From Algibacter sp. (GTDB taxonomy: Bacteria > Bacteroidota > Bacteroidia > Flavobacteriales > Flavobacteriaceae): a stretch of 64,000 bases of DNA. The stretch covers positions 2,447 to 66,446 of the forward strand of contig NZ_JAQWOO010000033.1 in the NCBI RefSeq assembly GCF_029245835.1, read 5' to 3'. The notes below the pieces were generated by a model. That model was not told where the DNA came from. It worked only from the letters and a program-made list of their open reading frames with translations, and ran no database searches. This document shows positions 19,149-28,774 of this stretch, piece after piece. The position numbers were made by a program, and so were the translations under genes. The number at the start of each line of letters is the position of its first letter. Positions within the stretch are counted from its first letter, which is position 1.

Positions 19149-19943
19149 TTACCACCAAACCAAAAACATTTTTTTCAATTGGCCACTTTTAAATTTCACC
19201 CAGCATAAAGCAGAAAATTTCTGCTCAAAATAATCCTTTGTTGTCGTTTTAAAAGCATTGAAGTTTAGCCAGTTTACATTCGTGTGAGGGACCAACAACC
19301 AATCTTTTTTACACGGCATGTAAAATTTACAATCTTCAAATTGATGCAGTTCCGTTTGGTTAATATAAAATCCAGTAATACATTCCGGATTCAAAGTTTT
19401 TAACGCAATAGTTTCAATAGAAAACGGAACAAATAGTTGTGCCTTAAAATACACTTGCTGAGAAATATCTTTTGGATTTAAACCCAGATTAGTTAAATAG
19501 GATTTACAAGTATCAGAGTAGAGGAGTGGTAGTTGTTTTTCTTTTAATTTAGTAAGCTTTTCTATTAAAGAATCTTTTCTATTCGGACCAATAAAATGTT
19601 CTATTTCAGTTGTCCCTACAGTGGCATCAAACAAATAAAATTTATAGATAATTTCTAGATGAATGGGTTTATTGTTCCTTAGTAATAAACAATCCAATTC
19701 CCCTAAAGTTCGTTTTCCTTCTTGAATTTGAATATTTTCAGCTATAGGAGTAATACCTCTTTGCTGAGCAATTTCAAATGCAACCAGCTGCTCTACATAC
19801 TTTCCTAGCCTTAGTTTTTCATCTAAAAACAACTCTATTTTATCTAATCTAGAGCTAATTTCAAATTGCTGAAGATTAAAAACAGTATTGTTTTTCCATA
19901 AACACGGCGTATTTAAAAAGCCTTCGTATCTTTTTTGAATCAT
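19149..19943 (-). CDS. DUF1853-like protein (possible PD-(D/E)XK fold)
   Basis: 264 aa. The GELDCLL...LEIIYKF pattern resembles a D...E.K nuclease core. The family call is from memory only. Confidence 0.45.
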   Translation of the reverse strand: MIQKRYEGFLNTPCLWKNNTVFNLQQFEISSRLDKIELFLDEKLRLGKYVEQLVAFEIAQQRGITPIAENIQIQEGKRTLGELDCLLLRNNKPIHLEIIYKFYLFDATVGTTEIEHFIGPNRKDSLIEKLTKLKEKQLPLLYSDTCKSYLTNLGLNPKDISQQVYFKAQLFVPFSIETIALKTLNPECITGFYINQTELHQFEDCKFYMPCKKDWLLVPHTNVNWLNFNAFKTTTKDYFEQKFSALCWVKFKSGQLKKMFLVWW

Positions 19944-19948
19944 TTAGG

Positions 19949-20851
19949 TTATTCAGTCTTATAATCTTTCAACTTCACAGGACCTTCTAATAAAACCCTA
20001 ACAATTTGAAGGGTACCATTATCCTTTGTTGCTATCTGCCATTTAATTAGAGAAATCTCTCCATTTTCAATCTCAATACCAGTAATACTCCTAGGATGTA
20101 CACAGCTACCATCATTAAAAAAAGCAATATCTCCTGGTTCAGGGAAACGCGGTCGGTGGGTATGCCCTGCAATAGTCATTACATTATTATTTTCGCTAAT
20201 CCATTTTTTAGTTCTGCGCTCCACTTTTATAAGTTCTTTGTAGTTTTTTGCCGGACTTGTAGGGTCTGCAATTCCCATAACGTTTAAGGGTTTCCAAAGC
20301 AAACGAACCATAAGTCGGCTCCATTTCCAAAACAAAAAATTCCACCAATCTGCCTGATGCCCGTGTGTTAAAAATAGCTCTTGCCCAGTCATGTAGTGTT
20401 TTAAAACAATGCCTTCTTGGTATTTTATATCGCCAAAAAGCTCAACTTCTTCACCAATTTTAGGGTCAAAATATGTTGATAAGTGCTTCTTTACATAATC
20501 TGGATTTCTGTAAACCATATCATGGTTTCCCCAAATCATGTGTAAACGATTGTCCTTATGAAAAAGCTTCATAAGCATATACACATTTTTATGAGCATTC
20601 AAAATAGATTCAAATGATAAGTTTTCCCATAACTCATCACCATCGCCTAATTCACAATATTGAAAGCCTTCATTGTAATAGTGTTTTAGTGCATGGAAGT
20701 ATATGTTTCGGTTGTTGGCAAAATCATCAGCAAAACTGTTATCGCCTCTATGGCAGTCACTAAATAAAATGAATTTGCTGTCATCATCAAATTCAATGAT
20801 TTTGGCATTTTTATAAGCGTTATCTAATCTTTTCTTGGATGAAACATTCAT
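19949..20851 (-). CDS. Calcineurin-like metallophosphoesterase
   Basis: 300 aa. Motifs DCHRG, GDGDE, GNHD, GHQ and GHTH. Its stop codon lies 5 bp from the start of the DUF1853 gene. Confidence 0.8.
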   Translation of the reverse strand: MNVSSKKRLDNAYKNAKIIEFDDDSKFILFSDCHRGDNSFADDFANNRNIYFHALKHYYNEGFQYCELGDGDELWENLSFESILNAHKNVYMLMKLFHKDNRLHMIWGNHDMVYRNPDYVKKHLSTYFDPKIGEEVELFGDIKYQEGIVLKHYMTGQELFLTHGHQADWWNFLFWKWSRLMVRLLWKPLNVMGIADPTSPAKNYKELIKVERRTKKWISENNNVMTIAGHTHRPRFPEPGDIAFFNDGSCVHPRSITGIEIENGEISLIKWQIATKDNGTLQIVRVLLEGPVKLKDYKTE

Positions 20852-20996
20852 AACTAAATTTGTAATATTAGGAAAATGATTTAATGAATGTTACATGTGA
20901 CTCTAGAAAAAAACAATATTAAACACATGAAAACATAAGTAAATGTAAACAAAAACCGTTTTAACTAGAAACGCTTTTTCAATTTTCAATAAAACC

Positions 20997-21758
20997 TTAA
21001 AGTTTTTCTAGAGCAACGGGTAATATGCGTTCCACAAATTTTGAATATGCTATAGCAGAAGGGTGCAATCCGTCTGAGGCAACAAGCTCAGGTTTGATTA
21101 ACCCTTCTCTAGTGATATCCGTTATATTAACATAACTAATGTTATTGTTTATGCAGTATGTTTTAGCAAAGTTATTGTACATGTCTAGCCTTGTTGAGGT
21201 ATTTGTATTGCCTCTGCCAAAAGGAGTAAACGCATAATCAGGTATTGAAACTATAATAACATGACTTTTATCTCCGTTCCCTTTTTCTATAGCTTTATTA
21301 ACTAATTGAGGGAACTCGGTTTCATAAACCGAAAAAGGCCTGTTTTGATATTCGTTATTCACACCTATTAAAAGTGTTACTAAATCATAATCACTAGTCG
21401 GATTATCTGTAGCTATAGCATTAATTAGCCTAGAGGTAGTCCATCCCGTTTGAGCAATAATTTTAAGTTGAATACTGGAAGCAGTTGTTACTTTTAGTAA
21501 TAAACTATCCTTTAGTTGTTCAGGGAATCGGCAGGTTTCACAAACGCTTTCCCCAATGGTATAACTATCCCCTAAAGAGAGGATTTTAATTGTATTTCCA
21601 TTTGAGGTTTCACTATCTGTTTCTTCTTCCTCATTTTGTTTGGTATCATCTAAAATTTCAATGTCTTCATTTTGAATATCAATTTCAGGGTTTTCTGAAC
21701 ACCCAAAAAAGAAAAGAACACTCAAACTAAAATATAGTGCGGTCCATTTCATTTTCAT
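20997..21758 (-). CDS. SGNH/GDSL hydrolase lipoprotein
   Basis: 253 aa. Lipobox FFGC, block I LGDSYT, and a C-terminal DGLHP block. Confidence 0.75.
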   Translation of the reverse strand: MKMKWTALYFSLSVLFFFGCSENPEIDIQNEDIEILDDTKQNEEEETDSETSNGNTIKILSLGDSYTIGESVCETCRFPEQLKDSLLLKVTTASSIQLKIIAQTGWTTSRLINAIATDNPTSDYDLVTLLIGVNNEYQNRPFSVYETEFPQLVNKAIEKGNGDKSHVIIVSIPDYAFTPFGRGNTNTSTRLDMYNNFAKTYCINNNISYVNITDITREGLIKPELVASDGLHPSAIAYSKFVERILPVALEKL

Positions 21759-21805
21759 TTTTTTTCTTTTAAAGATACAATTTTGAGCGTAAAAACTATA
21801 AAAAA

Positions 21806-21838
21806 CGAAAAAAGCTCCCGTAATAGGAGCTTTTTCTT
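21806..21838. terminator. Bidirectional rho-independent terminator
   Basis: AAAGCTCC (21811-21818) pairs with GGAGCTTT (21826-21833), flanked by an A-run and a T-run. It lies just downstream of the 1150-aa gene. Confidence 0.6.
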
Positions 21839-21854
21839 GTGTCTAATTAGTAAT

Positions 21855-24800
21855 CTATTTTTTAAACAATGGATCAACACCTATGGTGCCAACTAATCGT
21901 TTTAAATAATCTGGAGATTTAACATCGTTGTATAATTTTTTAGTCGTATCTAAACGTGCTTTTATATTCATATCGTCTACTAAAATATCATTGTACGGAT
22001 TTTTCATAAATGCTTCTAAATAGTCAATTTGAGAACAATAATATGTAATATCCTTTTGCTGTTTTAATGCTAATCGTTCTTGGTACCAATCGGAATTTAT
22101 TACATAGCTTCTTTCAAAATATTTCCGCAATTCTGGGTCGCTAATGTCTTTACCTTCATAATTTCCATAGGCCATAATATTCAATAGAATTTTTAATGGT
22201 GGAATAGCAGCTTCGATACTGCCATCTTCAAAATAGTTTACCGCTACTTTTTGCTGTGCTTCAACTATATTATTGATACCATCAACATAATCTTCTAAAT
22301 TTTGTAACTCGGGTTTTAGCATACGCTCATTAAATACAGCGGTAGGCTCATCAAACAATCTGTTTAAACACCATAACGAGAATGTTTTTGTTATTCTATA
22401 ACCTAAACGGCTGGCTAATACTTTCTCACCCTTATGTTCGAAATCTTCAAGTTTTTCTAGAGATCCGATTTCAATCAAATGTTTAGGGTCTCTATCTTTA
22501 GGTGCCATTCTAGCCCAAATCTCGGGAATTAATAAACTCACATCATGGTCTATTTTGTTTTCAGCACCTACATAGCCTGCAGCCGTACTAAATCCGTTAG
22601 ATTCTGTTAGTATATGTGATAATAAAGCGTTGTTTAAATCTGTTGTTGGAGTCAACATATTAAACGGAGCTTTTGTTAATGCGCCTTCTGATCCTGCACC
22701 TGTAGTGGATGGTGATTTCCCTGTTAAACTACAAATAAAGTCCATAAACAATTCAGGCGTTTCTTGATAATGGATTGGACTGTATACCGCTAATGGTCTA
22801 ATTCCAGCTTCTCTGTCTGCTGGGTTATTGCGTCTACCTGGTAAAACGGCATTTACAACATGAATTACTGGGTCGTCAAGTTTTATCTTTCTTTTTAAAC
22901 GCACTCCCATATCAGAAATATAAGTAGCTTCCGTTTCATTATAAACAATATTTGGTTCTAAATAACGCGGGTTTTTAGTTGGTAAACCATCTTCAATAAT
23001 TCTCGGGTGAGATGGCAGAACAAACTGGATGTCTTCATCATTACTATTTATTATCTCCTTTATAAAATCTTGAACAGGCTGTGTGTACTTGTCATAATTA
23101 ATAGTGTCTTCATAGATTTCAATGGCGTCTTTTTTGGATAACATTTCATAATTAGTCAAGAATCTACCGTCTGAAATAATATCTAATTCTGCGCCTTTAT
23201 CGTAACCTCTTACAATAGCTTCATCTGGTCTTTGGAATAAATGAGCTTCACAGTTTGTTAAAACTTTCACGCTTTGATTAGGATACTCTGCGTTTAAATC
23301 TTTGAAATTATTTCTAGGAAGTGTAATAGACGCCGTAATATCATCTTCAGTTTGGATTTTTTCACATGCAGAAAAATCTGAACGCAATTTATTTAACATC
23401 CAGTTGCCTTCTTGATTAAACCCAATTCTAACATAACTACCAACTACTGGGGTATTATTGTATATCAATGATGTGCCTTTAACGCCGTTTATGATCTCTA
23501 CAGACATCAAGTCTTTCCAATTAAGGTTAGCGCCATGTGCTTGTCTAAACATACGCTTAACGAATAATACTAACGAGCGTATGTGTACCGGAATATTTTC
23601 TAGCCATGCATTAAATTCATCCGAGTTTTCGTCTGAAGGTGTTAATAGTTTTACAACAGAACCTAATGTCCTTTTTTCACTAAGCAATGATCTTGATAAA
23701 GGCCTTTTAGTATCTTTATCTTTCCATCGGGTTGAGTAATTAAACTCAATAACCTCATCAGCTTTCTTAAAATCTTCTTCAATATTATGAATGTTAAATC
23801 TGCTATACGTAATAGCATTCTGCATAGATTTAGAAATCTCTGATTTGCCTCCTCCTGAAACCGTACAAGGTTTATGGCAAAATACACCTTCTGGATACGT
23901 TTCTATAATGCGCCATAAATTGATAGATTTATGTTTTTCTAACCTTAGTTTATTACCAGATGGATGCATGTAGGTTTTAAAAGGCGATAATTTTAATTTT
24001 TGTTCTTTGCCTTTGTAGTTCCATGTGATACTATTCGTATTCGTATTAAAATAAGACGATTCAGGAATATAAACGATATTAGGGTAAGTTTTATCTACAG
24101 CATAATTTTCAGGTTTAATTTCAATTCTGTCTGCCAATAAGGTTTTAACATTTTCAAAAGTATGATCTAGTCCGTAATATTCTTTATAATCGTTGCAGTT
24201 TACTGTATCACCCATAACACGCCTTGCATAAGCAATCGCACCACCAGCATGTTCTTCTTCAACTAAGCCAAAAAGGTTTGCTGAATAACTAATTTGAGTT
24301 TTTATTTCTTTTTTTGAATATCCATAATAGTTATCGGCAATTAATGTTACTACTACACCACTTTCGTCTCTACAAGTAATTTTAAAAGCGCCGCCGTCAT
24401 TATAAAGTTCGTTTTCACCCTTCCAGCACATACCGTCTTTTTTCTGACGATCAGTAGCGTCATCACAATGCGGTAAGCCTACATCTTTCTTTTTAAGTTT
24501 TAATAATTGTGGTGCAAGAATGATACAGCCTGTATGACCTGTCCAGTGTTCTGGGTCTAATGCCGCATCATTATGTGCTAAATTAGGGTTGCCAGCATTA
24601 CCAAAAATATTTTCAACAAAATCTAAATTACTTACCAAAGTACCAGGGGCAAAGAAGCGAACTTCTAACGATTTTTTTGAAATAACACCTTTCACTTCTG
24701 GGCATACTGTTGGTCTTAACAGCATTGAAACCATGGTTCTAGCTTTCTCTTCTTGATTAGAAGTAAACGGTAGCGTATTTAATTCATCCGAAGGATTAAA

Positions 24801-25307
24801 AGCGGCATTTAAAAAGTGTGCTAATACGACTCTTGGGACTTCTTTTTTATCTAAGGGTACAGGTAGTGGGCCTTCAACAATATGGAAAGTTCCTTTCGTT
24901 GTTCTTTTGTCGTGTAAAGGGTTGTTTAAGATCCCTTGTTTTAGTCTTTTAGAATTGACTAAATCACTTTCAAAGGAATTACCATCAGGTGGTAAACTAG
25001 CTTCTCTTGCTTGTCCCTTTTTAGATAATATTAACGTATTATTTGACAATTGATAAGATTTATCTACCGATACATCTTTTAAATATCTATCTATAAAATT
25101 TTGGATTCTTGTGTCTGCAGGGGATAGGTGGTTTGCTAAAAGTCTAGATTTTTCTCTAAGACTCATTATTAATGGTCGCGTTGTTTTTTCAAATTCAGGG
25201 TCGCAAAATGTTTCTTTGCTATCCACTTTGTCTTTAAAAATAGGTTGTCCAATTGCTGCTAATTGCAAATTGATAAATTGGATGATGTCTTTTCTTGATT
25301 CTACCAT
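21855..25307 (-). CDS. Large (1150 aa) cytoplasmic protein of unknown function; tentatively PPi-dependent PEP carboxykinase-like
   Basis: Long uninterrupted ORF with no TM segment or signal peptide. Its size matches the roughly 130-kDa PPi-PEPCK family. It carries a P-loop-like segment VSGGGKSE reminiscent of the PEPCK kinase-1a loop. The functional call is a hypothesis only. Confidence 0.35.
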   Translation of the reverse strand: MVESRKDIIQFINLQLAAIGQPIFKDKVDSKETFCDPEFEKTTRPLIMSLREKSRLLANHLSPADTRIQNFIDRYLKDVSVDKSYQLSNNTLILSKKGQAREASLPPDGNSFESDLVNSKRLKQGILNNPLHDKRTTKGTFHIVEGPLPVPLDKKEVPRVVLAHFLNAAFNPSDELNTLPFTSNQEEKARTMVSMLLRPTVCPEVKGVISKKSLEVRFFAPGTLVSNLDFVENIFGNAGNPNLAHNDAALDPEHWTGHTGCIILAPQLLKLKKKDVGLPHCDDATDRQKKDGMCWKGENELYNDGGAFKITCRDESGVVVTLIADNYYGYSKKEIKTQISYSANLFGLVEEEHAGGAIAYARRVMGDTVNCNDYKEYYGLDHTFENVKTLLADRIEIKPENYAVDKTYPNIVYIPESSYFNTNTNSITWNYKGKEQKLKLSPFKTYMHPSGNKLRLEKHKSINLWRIIETYPEGVFCHKPCTVSGGGKSEISKSMQNAITYSRFNIHNIEEDFKKADEVIEFNYSTRWKDKDTKRPLSRSLLSEKRTLGSVVKLLTPSDENSDEFNAWLENIPVHIRSLVLFVKRMFRQAHGANLNWKDLMSVEIINGVKGTSLIYNNTPVVGSYVRIGFNQEGNWMLNKLRSDFSACEKIQTEDDITASITLPRNNFKDLNAEYPNQSVKVLTNCEAHLFQRPDEAIVRGYDKGAELDIISDGRFLTNYEMLSKKDAIEIYEDTINYDKYTQPVQDFIKEIINSNDEDIQFVLPSHPRIIEDGLPTKNPRYLEPNIVYNETEATYISDMGVRLKRKIKLDDPVIHVVNAVLPGRRNNPADREAGIRPLAVYSPIHYQETPELFMDFICSLTGKSPSTTGAGSEGALTKAPFNMLTPTTDLNNALLSHILTESNGFSTAAGYVGAENKIDHDVSLLIPEIWARMAPKDRDPKHLIEIGSLEKLEDFEHKGEKVLASRLGYRITKTFSLWCLNRLFDEPTAVFNERMLKPELQNLEDYVDGINNIVEAQQKVAVNYFEDGSIEAAIPPLKILLNIMAYGNYEGKDISDPELRKYFERSYVINSDWYQERLALKQQKDITYYCSQIDYLEAFMKNPYNDILVDDMNIKARLDTTKKLYNDVKSPDYLKRLVGTIGVDPLFKK

Positions 25308-25453
25308 GTTTCTCTAACTTTTATTATTTGCTCGTTTACCTAATGAATATTTGATACAAAAATAGCAACAGGAATATTTAAAAAACCTGTCAAATGTCAT
25401 GTTGCCAATATTTTTTTACGATAACGATTGAGGAAAAGCGCTTTATTAAGTGG

Positions 25454-26632
25454 CTATTTAAAAGCATTCAAACCCGTTATGTCTAAGCCAGTAATAAGTA
25501 GATGGATGTCGTGTGTGCCTTCATAAGTAATGACACTTTCTAAGTTCATGGAATGCCTCATAATACTATATTCGCCACTAATACCCATACCACCTAGTAT
25601 TTGTCTAGCTTCTCGAGCAATATTAATGGCCATATCCACATTATTACGTTTTGCCATAGATATTTGTGCAGAAGTTGCAGTACCATTTTCGCGCATAACA
25701 CCCAGTCTCCAGGCTAGAAGTTGTGCTTTTGTGATTTCGGTAATCATTTCGGCGAGTTTTTTTTGTTGTAATTGAAATTGGCCAATGGGTTTTCCAAATT
25801 GCATCCGCTCTTTACTATAGCGTAATGCTGTATCATAACAATCCATAGCAGCGCCAATTGCTCCCCAAGCTATGCCATAACGCGCAGAATCTAAGCAGCC
25901 AAGTGGTGCACCTAAACCAGATTTGTTAGGTAGTAAATTTTCCTTTGGCACTTTAACATTGTCAAAAATAAGTTCGCCAGTAGCTGAAGCACGTAACGAC
26001 CATTTATTATGCGTTTCTGGTGTTGAAAATCCTTCCATACCACGTTCTACAATAAGGCCATGAATTCGTCCACTTTCATCTTTCGCCCAAACTACGGCAA
26101 CTTGACAAAAAGGAGCATTAGAAATCCACATTTTTGCACCATTTAAAAGATAATAGTCGCCCATATCTTTAAAATTTGTCGTCATTCCTCCAGGGTTACT
26201 GCCATGGTCAGGTTCTGTTAAACCAAAAGATCCCATCCATTCGCCACTTGCTAATTTAGGTAAATATTTTTTCCGTTGGGCTTCATTACCATATTTCCAG
26301 ATAGGATACATGACTAACGATGATTGTACCGAGGCTGTTGAACGAACGCCAGAATCGCCGCGTTCAATTTCTTGCATGATTAAGCCATAACTAATTTGGT
26401 CTAAACCTGCGCCACCATATTCCATAGGGATATAGGGGCCAAAAGCACCAATTTCAGCTAAACCGCCAATAATTTGTTTTGGAAATTCTGCCTTTTGAGC
26501 ATACTCCTCGATAATAGGTGAGACATCACGTTTTACCCAGTCCCTTGCTGCATCTCGAACTAATTTGTGCTCTTCGGTTAAAAGCTCATCAAGGTTATAA
26601 TAATCTGGTGCTTCAAATAAATCTGGTCGCAT
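25454..26632 (-). CDS. Acyl-CoA dehydrogenase (glutaryl-CoA dehydrogenase-like)
   Basis: 392 aa with the ACAD pattern throughout, including the C-terminal YEGTHDIH motif. Confidence 0.85.
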   Translation of the reverse strand: MRPDLFEAPDYYNLDELLTEEHKLVRDAARDWVKRDVSPIIEEYAQKAEFPKQIIGGLAEIGAFGPYIPMEYGGAGLDQISYGLIMQEIERGDSGVRSTASVQSSLVMYPIWKYGNEAQRKKYLPKLASGEWMGSFGLTEPDHGSNPGGMTTNFKDMGDYYLLNGAKMWISNAPFCQVAVVWAKDESGRIHGLIVERGMEGFSTPETHNKWSLRASATGELIFDNVKVPKENLLPNKSGLGAPLGCLDSARYGIAWGAIGAAMDCYDTALRYSKERMQFGKPIGQFQLQQKKLAEMITEITKAQLLAWRLGVMRENGTATSAQISMAKRNNVDMAINIAREARQILGGMGISGEYSIMRHSMNLESVITYEGTHDIHLLITGLDITGLNAFK

Positions 26633-26741
26633 AAAGACTGAATTTAATAGTAGTTTAAAGGATAATAATTAATAAAACGACGATTTTTTTATCAAATAAT
26701 CATTTTTATCCCTCAAATTTAAATAATCTTTATTGATTTAG

Positions 26742-27458
26742 TTACATTTTCAAATAGAAATCTTTCGTCAAATTAATGTAATCTTCGGTATATTGGTGTC
26801 TTTCTGTTTCAATAATTAAAGATTCAATGATTGTTTCACTTTCGTGGAAAGAGAATTCTAATAGGCTTCTTTTAATTTCTGAATTTGGATTGCCTTTTAT
26901 ATGTAAAAGTCTATTTGGGAAAATCTTGAATTTTGAAGCTAACTCCATAAATTTAATTTCTTCTTTATAAGGTATAATAACTGAAAATATTCCATCTTTA
27001 GAAAGTAATTTTGAGACACATTCAATGATATTTTTAAAAGGCATCGCGTCTTGAAAGCGTGCTAAATCACGTTCATTACTATTAGTTTTGTAATCTTCAG
27101 AATAAAAAGGGGGGTTGCAAATTATTAAATCATATTCATCTTCTATTTCTCTTGCAAATGCTTCCAAAGAGGCATGATAACAAAATAATCTATCACCCCA
27201 AGGTGATTGTTCAAAATTTTCAACACATTGTTCATAAGCATTATCATCAATTTCAATAGCATCAATAAGTTCTGCATAACTGCGTTGCGCAAGCATTAAA
27301 GAAAGAATGCCTGTGCCAGCACCAATATCTAGAACAGAAAAAGGTGTTTTTTCAATGGAAGTCCAAGCGCCTAACAAAACACCATCTGTGCCAATTTTCA
27401 TAGCACATTGGTCTTGGTTAATTGTAAATTCTTTGAACTTAAAAGGCTTTGCAGACAC
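26742..27458 (-). CDS. tRNA1(Val) (adenine37-N6)-methyltransferase-like N6-adenine MTase
   Basis: 238 aa. Motif I VLDIGAGTGILS and catalytic NPPF (IICNPPFY). Confidence 0.7.
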   Translation of the reverse strand: MSAKPFKFKEFTINQDQCAMKIGTDGVLLGAWTSIEKTPFSVLDIGAGTGILSLMLAQRSYAELIDAIEIDDNAYEQCVENFEQSPWGDRLFCYHASLEAFAREIEDEYDLIICNPPFYSEDYKTNSNERDLARFQDAMPFKNIIECVSKLLSKDGIFSVIIPYKEEIKFMELASKFKIFPNRLLHIKGNPNSEIKRSLLEFSFHESETIIESLIIETERHQYTEDYINLTKDFYLKM

Positions 27459-27460
27459 GG

Positions 27461-27991
27461 TTATTCTTCTAAATATAAATCAATCAAACCTTCAGGAGTT
27501 TCAACTAAAATAGTTTTATTAGCTCTATCTACTTTTACTATAAATTCATCATTCATAGGAATTAAAATTTCTATGCCGTTTCTATCAATTTCAAAAAGTG
27601 ATTGCGCAGTTGAATCATTTATCGCTTTAATAAAACCAACTTCACCAAAGTTTTTATCTTCAATTTTAAATCCTATAACTTCATGAAAGTAAAACTTATT
27701 ACCATCAAGTTTTGGTAACAAATCTAGAGGGAGATATAAGCCGCTTTTCATAATGGCATCCGCATCCGCTTCAACATCTACATCTTCAAATTTTATTCGA
27801 AGTAATTCAGATTTGTGTAATTGAGAACTTTCAATAAAAAAGGGCACAAGATTATTTCTTAATTCTAAAAATATAGCGTCGAGGTTTTCATAAAGCTCAG
27901 GTTGGTCTGTATCTAGTTTTGCTAAAACTTCACCCTTAAAACTATACTTCTTAACAATCTTACCTAAGTAAAAACAATCTTCTTTTTTCAT
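27461..27991 (-). CDS. rimM: 16S rRNA processing protein RimM
   Basis: MKKEDCFYLGKIVKKYSFKGEV... is a typical RimM N-terminus. I prefer the ATG at 27991 because the track start (28012) lies inside a strong hairpin. Confidence 0.8.
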   Translation of the reverse strand: MKKEDCFYLGKIVKKYSFKGEVLAKLDTDQPELYENLDAIFLELRNNLVPFFIESSQLHKSELLRIKFEDVDVEADADAIMKSGLYLPLDLLPKLDGNKFYFHEVIGFKIEDKNFGEVGFIKAINDSTAQSLFEIDRNGIEILIPMNDEFIVKVDRANKTILVETPEGLIDLYLEE

Positions 27992-28010
27992 GACAAATAT
28001 TTTGTTTGTC

Positions 28011-28102
28011 ATCCTGAACTTGTTTCAGGATCTCATTAACATAATGCGTTTATAAGATGCTGAAATAAATTCAGCATGATGCAAAAAGAAACCTTTTTGC
28101 AT
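28011..28102 (-). other. Three consecutive stem-loops between rpsP and rimM
   Basis: 28011-28031 ATCCTGAA/TTCAGGAT; 28057-28077 ATGCTGAA/TTCAGCAT; 28079-28102 ATGCAAAAAG/CTTTTTGCAT. The first two share CTGAA-N5-TTCAG. Confidence 0.5.
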
Positions 28103-28132
28103 AAAAAACTCCGATATTTCTATCGGAGTTTA
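28101..28132 (-). terminator. Rho-independent terminator/attenuator after rpsP
   Basis: The 10-bp stem AACTCCGATA/TATCGGAGTT (28107-28130) is followed on the minus strand by a T6 run. Confidence 0.6.
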
Positions 28133-28153
28133 AAAGTATAAAAAATTATTTTT

Positions 28154-28678
28154 TTATTCTTCTTCTTTTGAAGCTTCAGCCTCAGCAGCAGGAGCTTCTT
28201 CAGCAGCGGCTTCTTCAACTTCTTCAACAACAGGAGCTGCTGCAGCAATCCTTGCTTCGTTAACAGCTTTTTCAGCAGCTAAAGCATCAGCTTTCGCTTT
28301 AGCTTCATCTTTTGTTAAACCGTCAGCTTTTGCTTGAATTTTAGCTTCTTTTTCTTCTAACCAAGCAGAGAATTTAGCTTCTGCTTGCTCTTCAGTTAAA
28401 GCACCTTTTCTCACACCGCCTACAAGATGATTTTTTAATAAAGCACCTTTGTAAGACAATAATGTCTTAGCGGTATCAGTTGGTTGTGCACCATTCTGTA
28501 ACCATTGTACAGCACCATCAACGTTTAATTCAACAGTTGCTGGGTTTGTGTTTGGATTGTAAGCACCTAATTTTTCTAAGTATTTACCATCTCTTTTTGA
28601 ACGTGCATCAGCTGCTACGATCCAGTAATAAGGTTTTCCTTTTTTACCGTGTCTTTGTAATCTAATTTTTACTGGCAT
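28154..28678 (-). CDS. rpsP: 30S ribosomal protein S16 with Ala/Glu-rich C-terminal extension
   Basis: MPVKIRLQRHGKKGKPYYWIVAADARSKRDG... is the canonical S16 N-terminus. Confidence 0.95.
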   Translation of the reverse strand: MPVKIRLQRHGKKGKPYYWIVAADARSKRDGKYLEKLGAYNPNTNPATVELNVDGAVQWLQNGAQPTDTAKTLLSYKGALLKNHLVGGVRKGALTEEQAEAKFSAWLEEKEAKIQAKADGLTKDEAKAKADALAAEKAVNEARIAAAAPVVEEVEEAAAEEAPAAEAEASKEEE

Positions 28679-28774
28679 AATAATTAATTATTTGAGGTTC
28701 TCGACCTCTGTTATTAATAAGGGCGCAAAGATACTATAAATATTTAATTACTAGGAGTTTATTTTTGATGATTT

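Noticed and set aside
19027-19233. 68-aa ORF
   Set aside because: It is composed of GC-rich repeat copy B plus the antisense 3' end of the DUF1853 gene, so it is a repeat-derived artefact.
28154-28400. Ala/Glu-rich C-terminal tail of S16 as an anomaly
   Set aside because: To my knowledge, long low-complexity S16 extensions are normal in Bacteroidota, so this is not a finding.
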